From positions 4,096,001 through 4,160,000 of the forward strand of contig CBDETY010000003.1 of assembly GCA_965243025.1 (NCBI GenBank): 64,000 nucleotides of DNA, written 5' to 3'. Below the pieces are notes generated by a model. The model was given only the letters and a program-made list of their open reading frames with translations. It was not told the DNA's origin and made no database searches. Positions 1 through 8,616 of this stretch are shown piece after piece. Position 1 is the stretch's first letter. Each line of letters starts with the position of its first letter. This DNA comes from Candidatus Latescibacterota bacterium. GTDB lineage: Bacteria; Latescibacterota; UBA2968; UBA8231. Both the position numbers and the translations under genes were made by a program.

Positions 1-752
1 CGCGTCACCAACCTCTCGGCGAGACAGACCGGGAACTTCGCTTCTCTCACCAGAGCCAGGTGCGCGTCAACATTGCGCGGCGAAAGCATCTCCTCAAGCC
101 AGAGGATGTTGTACGGCTCCAAAGCCTTCGCTACCCTGATAGCGTTGTGAAGACTCCAGAATCCGTGCCCGTCAATGGCAATGCTCATGCTGTTGCCAAC
201 AGCCTCGTGAATTCTGCGTACGGGTTCTATCATGGCCTCGATCTCTTCGTCAGAGACGTAGTACCCATCGCCTTCATGCGCATCGGGGAACGCGCCGAGC
301 TTCATGTGCTTGATCCCGCGATCGAGAAGGTCTGTCGCATGAGACACGGGATCTTCCCGAAAACCAGGACCCCCGCCAGTATTGTATACGCGGATTCTGT
401 CCCGGCAGGCACCCCCGAGCATTTCATATACAGGCCTGCCCGACGCTTGGCCCGCGATGTCCCAGAGCGCGATGTCTATCGCGGATATTGCCCGAGTCTC
501 CGCGCCGCCATATCCCCAGTGGTCGGCAAGGCGGAACATATTGTGCCAGTGGTTCTCGATATTCAAGGGGTTGCGTCCTATCAGCATTGGGGCGAACAAC
601 TCATGCACCGCCCCCTCCACTGCCATCGACCCGTACCAAGTCTCGCCAAGTCCAACATGACCTTCGTCTGTATAAATCTGGACCCAGATCCCGCAACCAT
701 ACCTCTCCCTTCGGTTTGCCACCCGGATCGTTTCTACCTCTGTTATCTTCAT
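1..752 (-). CDS. Mandelate racemase/muconate lactonizing enzyme family (enolase superfamily), runs off the window start
   Basis: Not in the ORF track. Manual translation from ATG at 752 gives MKITEVETIRV...VQIYTDEGHVGLGE...AISAIDIALWDIAGQASGRPVYEMLGG...WLEE, the classic MR/MLE motifs. Confidence 0.9.
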   Translation of the reverse strand, partial: MKITEVETIRVANRRERYGCGIWVQIYTDEGHVGLGETWYGSMAVEGAVHELFAPMLIGRNPLNIENHWHNMFRLADHWGYGGAETRAISAIDIALWDIAGQASGRPVYEMLGGACRDRIRVYNTGGGPGFREDPVSHATDLLDRGIKHMKLGAFPDAHEGDGYYVSDEEIEAMIEPVRRIHEAVGNSMSIAIDGHGFWSLHNAIRVAKALEPYNILWLEEMLSPRNVDAHLALVREAKFPVCLAERLVT

Positions 753-863
753 TTCTTTCCCTTATTCTTTCACGTGGAAAAAAGGCTCTGGAGAATATCC
801 TTGAATTTGCTGTCGCGAAAGGCGGCCCAGAGAAAACCGGTATTTCCGGGGAATGGCATCCGG

Positions 864-884
864 GAGCAACGTTTTCGCGGCGGC
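864..884. repeat. Possible left-arm relic of an attC-like site
   Basis: GAGCAAC-GTTTTCGC matches the array's left-arm pattern (compare GCCCAAC-GTTTTCGC at 6339). No right arm is visible. Confidence 0.35.
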
Positions 885-1142
885 TTAGGGCTTGCATCCA
901 AGGTCGGCAAGTTGCGAGTCAATATGAGCGACACCTTTCCATTCGACCTGAGCGTAGTGGTAAACATGGGTGAAGTGAAACCGCTCGATCAAATACGTCA
1001 CTCGATTGTTGGTTCTTCCATTCTCGCACCACGGCATCTCTTTCAAGCCCCCCAGGATTCCGCGGAGGCATCTCACGTGACTTTCGAGAAGAGTTACGTT
1101 GTCACCTCGATCAAGACCCTCCTCTACTTTGACATCATTCAC
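885..1142 (-). pseudogene. Probable 3' remnant of a cassette gene
   Basis: 85-aa ORF in cassette orientation that ends at the att relic. Its 5' part overlaps the plus-strand promoter. Confidence 0.25.
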
Positions 1143-1158
1143 CCGATAGGCTTAGACT
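1129..1158 (+). promoter_or_regulatory. Sigma70-type promoter
   Basis: TTGACA (1129-1134), 18-bp spacer, TAGACT (1153-1158), directly upstream of the structured leader and CDS 1288. Confidence 0.7.
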
Positions 1159-1162
1159 TCCC

Positions 1163-1287
1163 ATCAAGTGCCTCCAGGGAGGCCCTCGGTCCGCGGTAAG
1201 GGTCCCAGACCCACCCTCCTCTCTGAAATGCAGACCTTCTTTCTGCCTGGCTTCGCGGACAACAGGCGTTTCTGAAAGAGGGTTGTC
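1163..1287 (+). ncRNA. Putative structured cis-regulatory leader RNA with a pseudoknot and sequestered RBS
   Basis: Hairpins GCCTCC/GGAGGC, GGGTC/GACCC and GCCTG/CAGGC. Long stem 1213-1231 pairs with 1266-1283 and covers the RBS. GTCCGCGG (1189-1196) is complementary to loop TCGCGGAC (1253-1260). Confidence 0.6.
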
Positions 1288-1992
1288 ATGTCTCCAGTTC
1301 TACCTCGCAATCCGCATCTCCAACCCATCAGACGCCTCGCCAAGGGGTTGCTGGGTGCGCACCAGGAGCAGACCGAAGCTGCCGGCGAACGTATTGCCGA
1401 ACACCACCCTCGGTTTTCCGGAAAAACCTCGGGGCAAGCGCTTTCCGAAGAATTCTCGCTTCAGGACGCACAGCTGGTCGTGGCGAGAGAGCACGGCCGG
1501 GCCAACTGGTCTCAGCTGGTTGGCGTGGTCGAACTGATGCGCGGAGTCCATGGGGTCTTCGTAGAGGGAAGACACGTTCATCTGGTCGCCAAGGATGCCG
1601 TCCAAATGGACGCTTTTGCAGGACTTTTGATCCCGCACTATGGGCCGGATCAATTTGGGCTTTTGGGACACTATTCTCCAGGAGAAAAGACCGAGTCTGC
1701 TCTGGGACGGTCCATCCACCTTATCTCTGAAAGCAGAGTTCTCGTCTCTGAGTACCACACCCTTGGCCTCGCCCACTTGCTTGAACACCGCCGCCGGCCA
1801 GACGGGCCGTTTGAAGTTGACAGGCTTCTCGCGCGTACACAAGCAATCGTTCCGAAATCTCTGTCCAGCAGCAGGCCGGTGCTGCTGGGCGTAAAAGAGC
1901 AGGAGGCCCAATCAGGTTTTGATGAAGTGCGCGAGATAAAAATACAACAGCTCTGCAGCCTCTACGGTTCGGTCAGCGAGGTGAATCTTTAG
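1288..1992 (+). CDS. Hypothetical protein with a small N-terminal helical domain of the type seen at the N-terminus of many ankyrin-repeat proteins
   Basis: LPRNPHLQPIRRLAKGLL...FSLQDAQLVVAREHGRANWSQL motif, RBS GAGGG. Only plus-strand gene in the array. Confidence 0.75.
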   Translation: MSPVLPRNPHLQPIRRLAKGLLGAHQEQTEAAGERIAEHHPRFSGKTSGQALSEEFSLQDAQLVVAREHGRANWSQLVGVVELMRGVHGVFVEGRHVHLVAKDAVQMDAFAGLLIPHYGPDQFGLLGHYSPGEKTESALGRSIHLISESRVLVSEYHTLGLAHLLEHRRRPDGPFEVDRLLARTQAIVPKSLSSSRPVLLGVKEQEAQSGFDEVREIKIQQLCSLYGSVSEVNL

Positions 1993-2459
1993 AGGGCAGA
2001 CGTTGCCAAGCTGTCAGGCATCCTGCCGCGGATTTCATCGGCGACCTTTTCCAAAACGTCGACGGAAACCAGATTTCTCGGCGACGGGACACTGTAGTGA
2101 CCGGGAAAATCCGGATCCCCAAACTGACATCCCGCAAATTCCCGAGGCGCCGCGAATCGAGGAATCACGTGAAAATGGACATGCTTGTCCTGGTTCTGAA
2201 GGAAGGCGTAGTTGATATGAGAAGGCGCAAAGGCTTCTGTCAGTGCCTTTGTTGTCCGTTTCAATTCGCGATGCAAATCAAGCCACTCAGTTTCAGAAAG
2301 GTCAGGTACGGACTCCTCGTGGCGATTCAAGGTGAGAAAGCACTTCCCGAGGAGGTTCTGGTTAAGGTTGACAATCAGCTTCCAGCAAGCGCTCTCCATC
2401 ACAATTGGACCAAGTGACGGGGCGCACAGACCACATACAGCAGGGGTCTCTTCTCGCAT
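1989..2459 (-). CDS. HIT family protein (cassette gene)
   Basis: CxxC near the N-terminus and HVHFH histidine triad. Start moved to MREETP. Confidence 0.85.
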   Translation of the reverse strand: MREETPAVCGLCAPSLGPIVMESACWKLIVNLNQNLLGKCFLTLNRHEESVPDLSETEWLDLHRELKRTTKALTEAFAPSHINYAFLQNQDKHVHFHVIPRFAAPREFAGCQFGDPDFPGHYSVPSPRNLVSVDVLEKVADEIRGRMPDSLATSAL

Positions 2460-2460
2460 C

Positions 2461-3045
2461 TTATTTCCCCTCCAGAAATACCTGCCTCTTCCTGTTTGCC
2501 ATTCTCGACAGTGGCAAACGGAATTTTTCCAATGACCTACGGAACCGAATCTGACGTCCCTTGTCTCGAACGCCGCCATCGCGTTTCCACCCCATCGCCT
2601 CGTAGAAGCCGATCCCGAGTTCATAACCCTCAACGGTCCAGACTACGGCTTCGTCGTAACCGTCCGCAACGAGACGACGAAACGCGAGCGAGGCCAATGT
2701 TTGCCCGATCCCGAGGCGCCAGTACGAGGGGTCAACGGCAATGGTGTCGAGTTCCCCCAATCTGGCGTCAACGGGATCCCGGCTGGGACCGATGCCGACA
2801 AAACCGACAACCCTACCCGTATGCTCTGCGACCCACCACCGGTGCGGGGCGGACTTGGCAAGATCGCCACGCCAGCGCTCCACGAGCTCCGAGGTAACGA
2901 TCCGGTCGGACTGCTCGATGAGTTCTCCGAATCCTGCATTCCAGGAATCGATATATACGAGTGTCACGACCTCGGCGTCCTCAGGAGTGGCCGGTCGGAT
3001 CGTTGGTGAAAGTTTCTGCGAACGTTTGTATTCCAATTTGCCCAT
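2461..3045 (-). CDS. GNAT N-acetyltransferase (cassette gene)
   Basis: IRPATPEDA, IAVDPSYWRLGIGQTL, GFYEAMGW. The C-terminus runs up to the HIT start with no att site between them. Confidence 0.85.
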   Translation of the reverse strand: MGKLEYKRSQKLSPTIRPATPEDAEVVTLVYIDSWNAGFGELIEQSDRIVTSELVERWRGDLAKSAPHRWWVAEHTGRVVGFVGIGPSRDPVDARLGELDTIAVDPSYWRLGIGQTLASLAFRRLVADGYDEAVVWTVEGYELGIGFYEAMGWKRDGGVRDKGRQIRFRRSLEKFRLPLSRMANRKRQVFLEGK

Positions 3046-3061
3046 CGTCTCATCTTTTGTC

Positions 3062-3090
3062 ACAAAACGTTGCCTCCCCTTGCGAAGCCT
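3062..3090. repeat. Half attC-like site (left arm only)
   Basis: ACAAAAC-GTTGCC...GCGAAGC immediately upstream of the GNAT start, then unrelated sequence. Confidence 0.45.
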
Positions 3091-3217
3091 CCTCAGCGAA
3101 CTGGGCCGCTGTGGCCGTCGTGCTCGAGGATCCGGTGGAAGAGCGCCGGGTTCGTTTTCAGAAGTGGCTCGAGCCTCCTGGCGTCACCGGCTTCGACGGA
3201 AGCTCCGTGTTCGTACT

Positions 3218-3579
3218 CAGGTAGCCGAGGCCGGCTCGGCGACCCCGATGCCGGCGTGGTCGTTGCCGTCGTAGAACATGAGCGTCGGCCCCTCGTGGTG
3301 AATGAGTCGATCGACCCTTCAGGGGCGGAGATCGATCAGCGGATCGTCGCCGACCATCGTCCAGGTCATCGGATCGTCGAGGGACGCCTCCGCCAAGCCG
3401 ACGCGACGCAGCTTGTTTCTGTCGCTGAAGTACTGCTCGCCGTGGAAGTACATGAGGTACCGATCGTTGGTCCGGGTGATGCACGGCGCCGATGGGCGTT
3501 GGTCCCACGTGTCGGCGTCTTTGGCCGGAACGACGAGCCCCAGCTTGCGCCAGGTCTGTTCAGTCATCTCCGCCATCAC
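3218..3579 (-). pseudogene. Internally deleted and frameshifted beta-propeller glycoside hydrolase-like gene
   Basis: N-terminal part WRKLGLVV...WDQRPSAPCI...YLMYFHG...VGLAEA...PLIDL. A C-terminal part LMFYDGNDHAGIGVAE* lies in another frame, and the middle is missing. Confidence 0.6.
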
Positions 3580-3678
3580 GGTCCTTCACTTATTGGCAGC
3601 GCAGGCATCACCATTCCATCGGTGCTCCCGTCCGGTCTTGCTTCTGCTGTTACTTGAAACCTTCTCTATTGATTCAAT

Positions 3679-4206
3679 CTATTCGAAATCAATTTCGCTA
3701 GCCGCCTTGACCTGAATGATGCCGCTCAGCTCAGCGTTTACCTCTTCAATGATTTGTGCAGCGGTAGCTCCCTCCGTTCCAAAAGTGCTGTGGACATCCC
3801 CAACGAGGATCACGTCATATTTCAGATCGGAGGCACTCAGAGAATTCGCCTTTATGCAAACTTCTGTCTGCATTCCAATGACAAAAAGCCTCCCTATCTC
3901 CCTGCATTGAAGTTGCACGTGCAGATCGGTGTTTGCGAAGGCGCTTGGTTCAAACTTCTGAACAACGAGATCGCCGTCTTGGGGGCGAAGAGACGGATGT
4001 ATCTCCCAACCGAAAGTACCGGGCTCATCCGGCTCTCCCTTCTCCCCGTTATTCTGCAAGTAGACTACGAGAATGCCATAGTCTCGCGCCCTCCGAATCA
4101 GTTTCTCCAACTGTTTGAGAAGCCTCTCTCCCTTGTAAATTGGAAAGGACTCATCAAACATGTTGACCTGAGCATCGACAACAAGTAAGGCAGTATTCAA
4201 GCTCAT
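3679..4206 (-). CDS. Isochorismatase-like cysteine hydrolase (cassette gene)
   Basis: TALLVVDAQ, QKFEPSAFANTDL, GMQTEVCI catalytic motifs. Confidence 0.9.
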   Translation of the reverse strand: MSLNTALLVVDAQVNMFDESFPIYKGERLLKQLEKLIRRARDYGILVVYLQNNGEKGEPDEPGTFGWEIHPSLRPQDGDLVVQKFEPSAFANTDLHVQLQCREIGRLFVIGMQTEVCIKANSLSASDLKYDVILVGDVHSTFGTEGATAAQIIEEVNAELSGIIQVKAASEIDFE

Positions 4207-4326
4207 GGAGTCAGATTTCGTTTCCGATTCCGCCAAATCGGATTCCTGAAAGGCGAGGCCCCAAATACGCCGCAGGGTACCGCACGGCTAAATTGCCGTG
4301 GCGAACCTGCTGCAAGACACAATTGG

Positions 4327-4833
4327 CTAACCTTCCTCGGTGAAATCCGATGAGAGAGCTCCCAGGAATCCAATGCCTTTGTGCGGATCTCTGTATTGAG
4401 TCAATTCGTGATGTCCGATCATGAAGCCCTGAGACTCCCAGAACGTCAGGGCGCTGGGGTTGTCGCGGCGTACATTCAGGTCAATCCGATCAACACCCAA
4501 GCCGTCGGTGATTTCAGTTACCGCTCGTACCAGGAAGGACCCAATGCCCTTCCGGCGCTGCGTTGGGACAACGTAGAAGTCACTGATTTTCGCACTTGTT
4601 CCACAAATTGAAAATGAAACGAATCCAACGGGGGATCCTTCGCTGAGGCACCAGAAAACCCTTGGTTCCGGACTGGAAAGGGGAAACCGATCTGCGAAAT
4701 ACGCATCGCGACGATCCGACCACCGTACTGTATCTGCAGTTGGCATCGTCTCCGACCAGTAGGCATCAACTAGTGGCCAAAACCTGTCCTCATCGGAAGC
4801 AAGCACCTGCTCGAACCCAAGGCGAACAGTCAA
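4327..4833 (-). CDS. GNAT N-acetyltransferase (cassette gene)
   Basis: FYVVPTQRRKGIG, NPSALTFWESQGF. Confidence 0.85.
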   Translation of the reverse strand: MTVRLGFEQVLASDEDRFWPLVDAYWSETMPTADTVRWSDRRDAYFADRFPLSSPEPRVFWCLSEGSPVGFVSFSICGTSAKISDFYVVPTQRRKGIGSFLVRAVTEITDGLGVDRIDLNVRRDNPSALTFWESQGFMIGHHELTQYRDPHKGIGFLGALSSDFTEEG

Positions 4834-4865
4834 ACTGTGTTTCCTCTCACATGAGGCCCCATGCC

Positions 4866-4968
4866 AGCTAACGTTTTCTCGCCCTTGAATCGCGAAGCGG
4901 TCTGGCGAAGATCCGAATGGGGCAAGGTCATGGTGTTAATCATGTGTTGGAGCACTGGGCGGTCAGGT
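4866..4968. repeat. attC-like site with two stacked right arms
   Basis: AGCTAAC...CGCGAAGCG...GTTAATC (4935-4941), followed by a second end GTCAGGT (4962-4968) that matches the 5' end of the 4990-5412 cassette. Confidence 0.75.
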
Positions 4969-4989
4969 GGGAATCCTCGTCGCCGATCA

Positions 4990-5412
4990 TCAATCATTCC
5001 CCTGGCGCGTACTCCGATAGCCAGTTCCCGGGTAACGCCCAGCCAAATCGGCACTCTCCGTGTCTGAAAGCATTTCCGTGTCGGCCAGAGGAACTTCTTC
5101 AACAAGCTGCACCTTGAGTACTCTCATAGTCTTCCAGTGGGTGCGATCGGTACCCTGTCGTTCTTCGAGGTCCTGATCGTCGAGAGGTTCTGCGACAACG
5201 TAAAGAAATCCAGGGATCTTCCCATCGTGGCGAACCGCCGTGAAGTCGTCGTCAGAGACAGTTATGCGAGTTGGCCTGTGCGAAAAGGCTCTTGCGAGCT
5301 CCCTGAACGGAGTAACCCAGCTACCGGGCAGAAGAGTATCCAGTTCTTCGGGCGACCCGTGAAACCAGGGTCTATGTCTTGATGCGTCCCAAACGCTCAT
5401 GGGCTGGGTCAT
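4990..5412 (-). CDS. Putative ADP-ribosyltransferase-fold (Arr-like) protein (cassette gene)
   Basis: WFHGS...SWVTPFRELARAFS...GFLYVVAEP resembles the Arr FYHGT/YFT/IYIVEP motifs, and the size (140 aa) fits. Confidence 0.5.
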   Translation of the reverse strand: MTQPMSVWDASRHRPWFHGSPEELDTLLPGSWVTPFRELARAFSHRPTRITVSDDDFTAVRHDGKIPGFLYVVAEPLDDQDLEERQGTDRTHWKTMRVLKVQLVEEVPLADTEMLSDTESADLAGRYPGTGYRSTRQGND

Positions 5413-5435
5413 GACTCCTTCATCGCCCCAAATTC

Positions 5436-5524
5436 ACCTGACCTTCTACGAATTGCGGACCTGCGAAGCAGGTTGCCGAAGGACAAGGCGCCCCCTGGGC
5501 GATGCACAAGCCGATCAGTCATCG
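5436..5524. repeat. attC-like site, degenerate right end
   Basis: ACCTGAC left end, internal ACCTGCGAAGCAGGT and GGTTGCCGAAGG motifs shared with other sites. Confidence 0.7.
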
Positions 5525-5604
5525 GCTGAGGGCTTCTATCAAGACTCTTTACCCCACCCGAACAGGACACGGGCTTTTTTCGCCGCGTGGAGTCATTCTC
5601 ATAA

Positions 5605-6309
5605 TCATGTCAGGTGATAATCCACACCATACTGGATCAAGCCTAAGCGTCGAGCCAATCCCTGGGAAGCCAGATTTTCCCACGATGTACTGTAAAGCGG
5701 GACGAGGTCAAGTTCACGCACTGCAAGGGCCCACGCAGCGACAGCTGATACAGCGTAACCCCGCTGGCGGTAGATCTCCAGCGTATCAACTCCTGCCTCA
5801 TGCGCCCTCCATGATGAGCGGACACTTTGGCAAATCGACACGGCTTGGGAATCCTGGACAACCGCCAACCAGGGCCATCCACTATCCAATTCCGGCACCA
5901 TCTTGGCAAAGTTCCCCCTCAGAAGCCCTGCGTTTTCGACTGATAGCCGAACAACATTTGCTGGCGGATCGAGGCAATCCGGAAAGCGGTAAGCGGGCCC
6001 TCCCCACACCCGTTCAACCGGGGCATGGCCATGGAGGATGTCCTGGAATTGGCTGTGACCTCTTGGGAATTTCCGGGAATCCATAAGCACCGGCTCGGCG
6101 GCGGCAGCTTCCTTCAGGGAAGTAACCAAATTTTCAGGAAGGTCATTTCGGAATAGGCATATCGAACCTTCCCTGGTTCGCCCGAAGAAGAAACGGGGAG
6201 CTGGACCAGGATCCCCACCAGGATCGTTTATCCCTCGAAGACGCCCATTTCCTTCAGACGTGAACAGCGCCTCAACGTGTATTTCCATCAGTTCCCTATC
6301 TGACACCAT
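5605..6309 (-). CDS. GNAT family acetyltransferase (cassette gene)
   Basis: EAGVDTLEIYRQRGYA, YSTSWENLASQGLARRLG. Confidence 0.85.
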   Translation of the reverse strand: MVSDRELMEIHVEALFTSEGNGRLRGINDPGGDPGPAPRFFFGRTREGSICLFRNDLPENLVTSLKEAAAAEPVLMDSRKFPRGHSQFQDILHGHAPVERVWGGPAYRFPDCLDPPANVVRLSVENAGLLRGNFAKMVPELDSGWPWLAVVQDSQAVSICQSVRSSWRAHEAGVDTLEIYRQRGYAVSAVAAWALAVRELDLVPLYSTSWENLASQGLARRLGLIQYGVDYHLT

Positions 6310-6338
6310 GCTCCATTACCGATCCAGTCATCCATACC

Positions 6339-6423
6339 GCCCAACGTTTTCGCCGTGTCCGAACCGCCACAGCAGTTGCGCCAAGGTGCGACAGCCCTAA
6401 ACCCGGGCAGGACAGTGTTATGT
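6339..6423. repeat. attC-like site
   Basis: GCCCAAC...GTTATGT. The stop codon of the upstream hydrolase (6418-6420) lies inside the core site, as in integron cassettes. Confidence 0.85.
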
Positions 6424-7146
6424 GCTGTGGGCAAATCTCTTTGCAAACTCCCTCAAGATATCTTTGAGCAATTCTTCATTCCCAACCCAAATCTGATGAT
6501 CGGCGGTCTCAAGAAACTCCATCTGTGCGTTCGGCAACAGCTGAGCAATTTGCTCGACCGGCCAACTCGGCCTGATATCCTGTTTGCCATAAACGAAAAG
6601 TGCAGGTACGGTCAATGATGCCAGGTCCCGAAACAGCGTTGGGTGTTTGATATATTCTTTCCAAGACCTGCCGACCTGCGTGTTCATCTCCATATTTGGG
6701 GGATATGCCAGCTCTGGTGGTGCCTCAAGCCCCTGATCGCGCCGCTCGCTGTAAATTCGGTGCCAGTCCCGGTCGTTGTGTACCCGACCTCCTGAAAGAC
6801 AAATGAAGCCATGCACATGCTCGGAAAATCGCATCGAATAGGCCAACGACAAGTCCGCCCCAAATGAGTGACCAACCATGATCCACCGATCGACACCATA
6901 GTGATGTCGAATGGCGTGCAAGTCCTCAAGGCAGGTTTCAAGTGTATACGTCCTCATCTTGTCAGACCGGCCACATCCTCTGTGATCGAAGCGAATCACT
7001 TTGCACAGATCATCGAGCATTCCTGCGAGGGGTCCAAGATAGTCGCAGCAGCCAGAACCACCACTGCACAGCACCAACGGCACACCTCTCCCCTGCGCTA
7101 TTGTCCACAGGCGGAAATCTCCAACTTCAACGAACGACTCAGTCAT
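6418..7146 (-). CDS. Alpha/beta hydrolase, proline iminopeptidase-like (cassette gene)
   Basis: FDHRGCGRS, GHSFG nucleophile elbow, C-terminal His. Confidence 0.9.
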   Translation of the reverse strand: MTESFVEVGDFRLWTIAQGRGVPLVLCSGGSGCCDYLGPLAGMLDDLCKVIRFDHRGCGRSDKMRTYTLETCLEDLHAIRHHYGVDRWIMVGHSFGADLSLAYSMRFSEHVHGFICLSGGRVHNDRDWHRIYSERRDQGLEAPPELAYPPNMEMNTQVGRSWKEYIKHPTLFRDLASLTVPALFVYGKQDIRPSWPVEQIAQLLPNAQMEFLETADHQIWVGNEELLKDILREFAKRFAHST

Positions 7147-7173
7147 TTTGGGGAAACACCTAAATGTCCATTG

Positions 7174-7261
7174 CAAATACGTCTCTCGAATTCCCGAACC
7201 TCGCAGCGGTGGGCTTAAGCGCTCTTGTCGTCCTCCGAAGGCGGGACTTGCGGAATTAGCG
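7174..7261. repeat. attC-like site (degenerate)
   Basis: CAAATAC-GTC...ATTAGCG with internal GCA/GAA-loop hairpins. The stop of CDS 7256-7789 lies in the right end. Confidence 0.65.
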
Positions 7262-7789
7262 TATCCGACTCACAACGAGCGAATCCAACTTGGATGAACA
7301 CCCCGCACCACCCTCATCGTGCCACACGCGTACTACAAGGTTGTCCTTTAAATGTACCCTTGACTGTTCGCCAGATCTCCCTCGAAGGAGAGTTGCAGCG
7401 CGCTCGGCTGCCTGGGAATCGGAGAATCTGAGTCCAAATATCCCTGCTTCTCCCTCACCGTGGTAAACGGAAAACAGAAACTCCTCCAATTCCGCCAAGA
7501 GTTCTCTCATTGCACTGGACGTCGAACCCTCACCTTCATCCTCGGAGCCTTGATGGCGATGGTGTTGATGAGGGGCCAGCAGCATCCCACCGAAACACTT
7601 CAGATATTCCCGGTCAGAGGTTACAAAGGGATTGCCTGGCGCCCCGCATGGTAACTCCGCGTCAGACGGTACGGCAGCCAATTCACACTCCTGTAAATCG
7701 TCACTCCCAAAAGTCAGCTCGGCTAACTGCATGGGAGAAGAACAGCTTAGGGTTCCACTTGCTATGGCAACCAAGGCTGGAATCTTCAT
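7256..7789 (-). CDS. Hypothetical putative lipoprotein (cassette gene)
   Basis: Short hydrophobic N-terminus ending TLSC. Bounded by att-like sites. Confidence 0.6.
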   Translation of the reverse strand: MKIPALVAIASGTLSCSSPMQLAELTFGSDDLQECELAAVPSDAELPCGAPGNPFVTSDREYLKCFGGMLLAPHQHHRHQGSEDEGEGSTSSAMRELLAELEEFLFSVYHGEGEAGIFGLRFSDSQAAERAATLLRGRSGEQSRVHLKDNLVVRVWHDEGGAGCSSKLDSLVVSRIR

Positions 7790-7797
7790 GTCCTAGT

Positions 7798-7861
7798 CCG
7801 AACCGCGAATGCAGTGGTGCGAGGGGCGGCAGCGCCGGAGCCGGGTACGGAGGTGTTACCT
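7798..7861. repeat. attC-like site lacking its left arm
   Basis: CCGAACCGCGAATGCAGTGGTGCGAGG...GGTGTTACCT. The tail GTTACCTGCCCGTGGCAGT resembles CGTACCTGCCTGTGCCAGT at 12220. Confidence 0.6.
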
Positions 7862-8002
7862 GCCCGTGGCAGTCTTGATGCCGCGTCGCATTCTCGCGAC
7901 AAAAGCCCAGGGAATTTCCCTGAACTGCGACTTGCCCAGCTCACGTTCCTGCTGTGGCTCGAATACGGGCCCGGCAATACCATCCAGAACCAGACCGGAC
8001 TC

Positions 8003-8029
8003 GGCGCAGCGCAAAACCCCGAGTTGAGC
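8003..8029. repeat. Half attC-like site (right arm only)
   Basis: GGCGCAGCGCAAAAC...GTTGAGC, the same right-arm motif as the 23249-23347 site. Confidence 0.6.
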
Positions 8030-8035
8030 CGTGAC

Positions 8036-8479
8036 CTACGTCCCCAGCTCTTTGAACAGGAAAAGCTCCCCCAGGTCGTCCTCAAACGGAAAACCTGCCA
8101 GAAACCCGCACTCAGAAAACCCCATGTGTCTATGCCATGTCTGCGGCTGGAACTCATCTACAACACACGAACTCAACAGGAACCTGTGGCCTCGGCGCAA
8201 CAGATTATCTTCTACGAACGCCAACATAGCCTTCCCAACACCTTTTCGCTGGTGCTCACGCAATACGTTGATCAGGCTGACAAATGCGGTGCCGCCGCCA
8301 TGTCCTGGCCACAAAAAGCATAGGTGAAGCATTCCCACGAGTTCACCTTGCAACTCCGCGACGATCACTTCGTTTATGCCGGGGACCTGCTCCGCAAATC
8401 GATTCGAGTCAAATGTGGCAGTCTTTACACACCACTCGACATCCGCCTTGCTGGCAGGTCTCACCAGTATGTCTGCCAT
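8036..8479 (-). CDS. GNAT N-acetyltransferase (cassette gene)
   Basis: INVLREHQRKGVGKAML, WHRHMGF. Start moved to MADILV. Confidence 0.85.
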   Translation of the reverse strand: MADILVRPASKADVEWCVKTATFDSNRFAEQVPGINEVIVAELQGELVGMLHLCFLWPGHGGGTAFVSLINVLREHQRKGVGKAMLAFVEDNLLRRGHRFLLSSCVVDEFQPQTWHRHMGFSECGFLAGFPFEDDLGELFLFKELGT

Positions 8480-8514
8480 GGTTCCCCGTATTTCGCAGGA
8501 CAATCGAGGCTTTC

Positions 8515-8605
8515 GCTTAACGTCTGTCGATCCACGAATCTCCAAAGCAGGTTGCTCGCAGGACCAAGGCGCGCCCGCGCCGCAGGGAGTATCGAAATGT
8601 TTCCA
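8515..8605. repeat. attC-like site
   Basis: GCTTAAC...GTTTCCA with inner TCGAT/ATCGA inverted repeat. Confidence 0.7.
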
Positions 8606-8616
8606 GGAGTAATCCC

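Noticed and set aside
60-1199. 379-aa plus-strand ORF
   Set aside because: It is the antisense shadow of the minus-strand enolase-superfamily gene (1-752), which has clear motifs.
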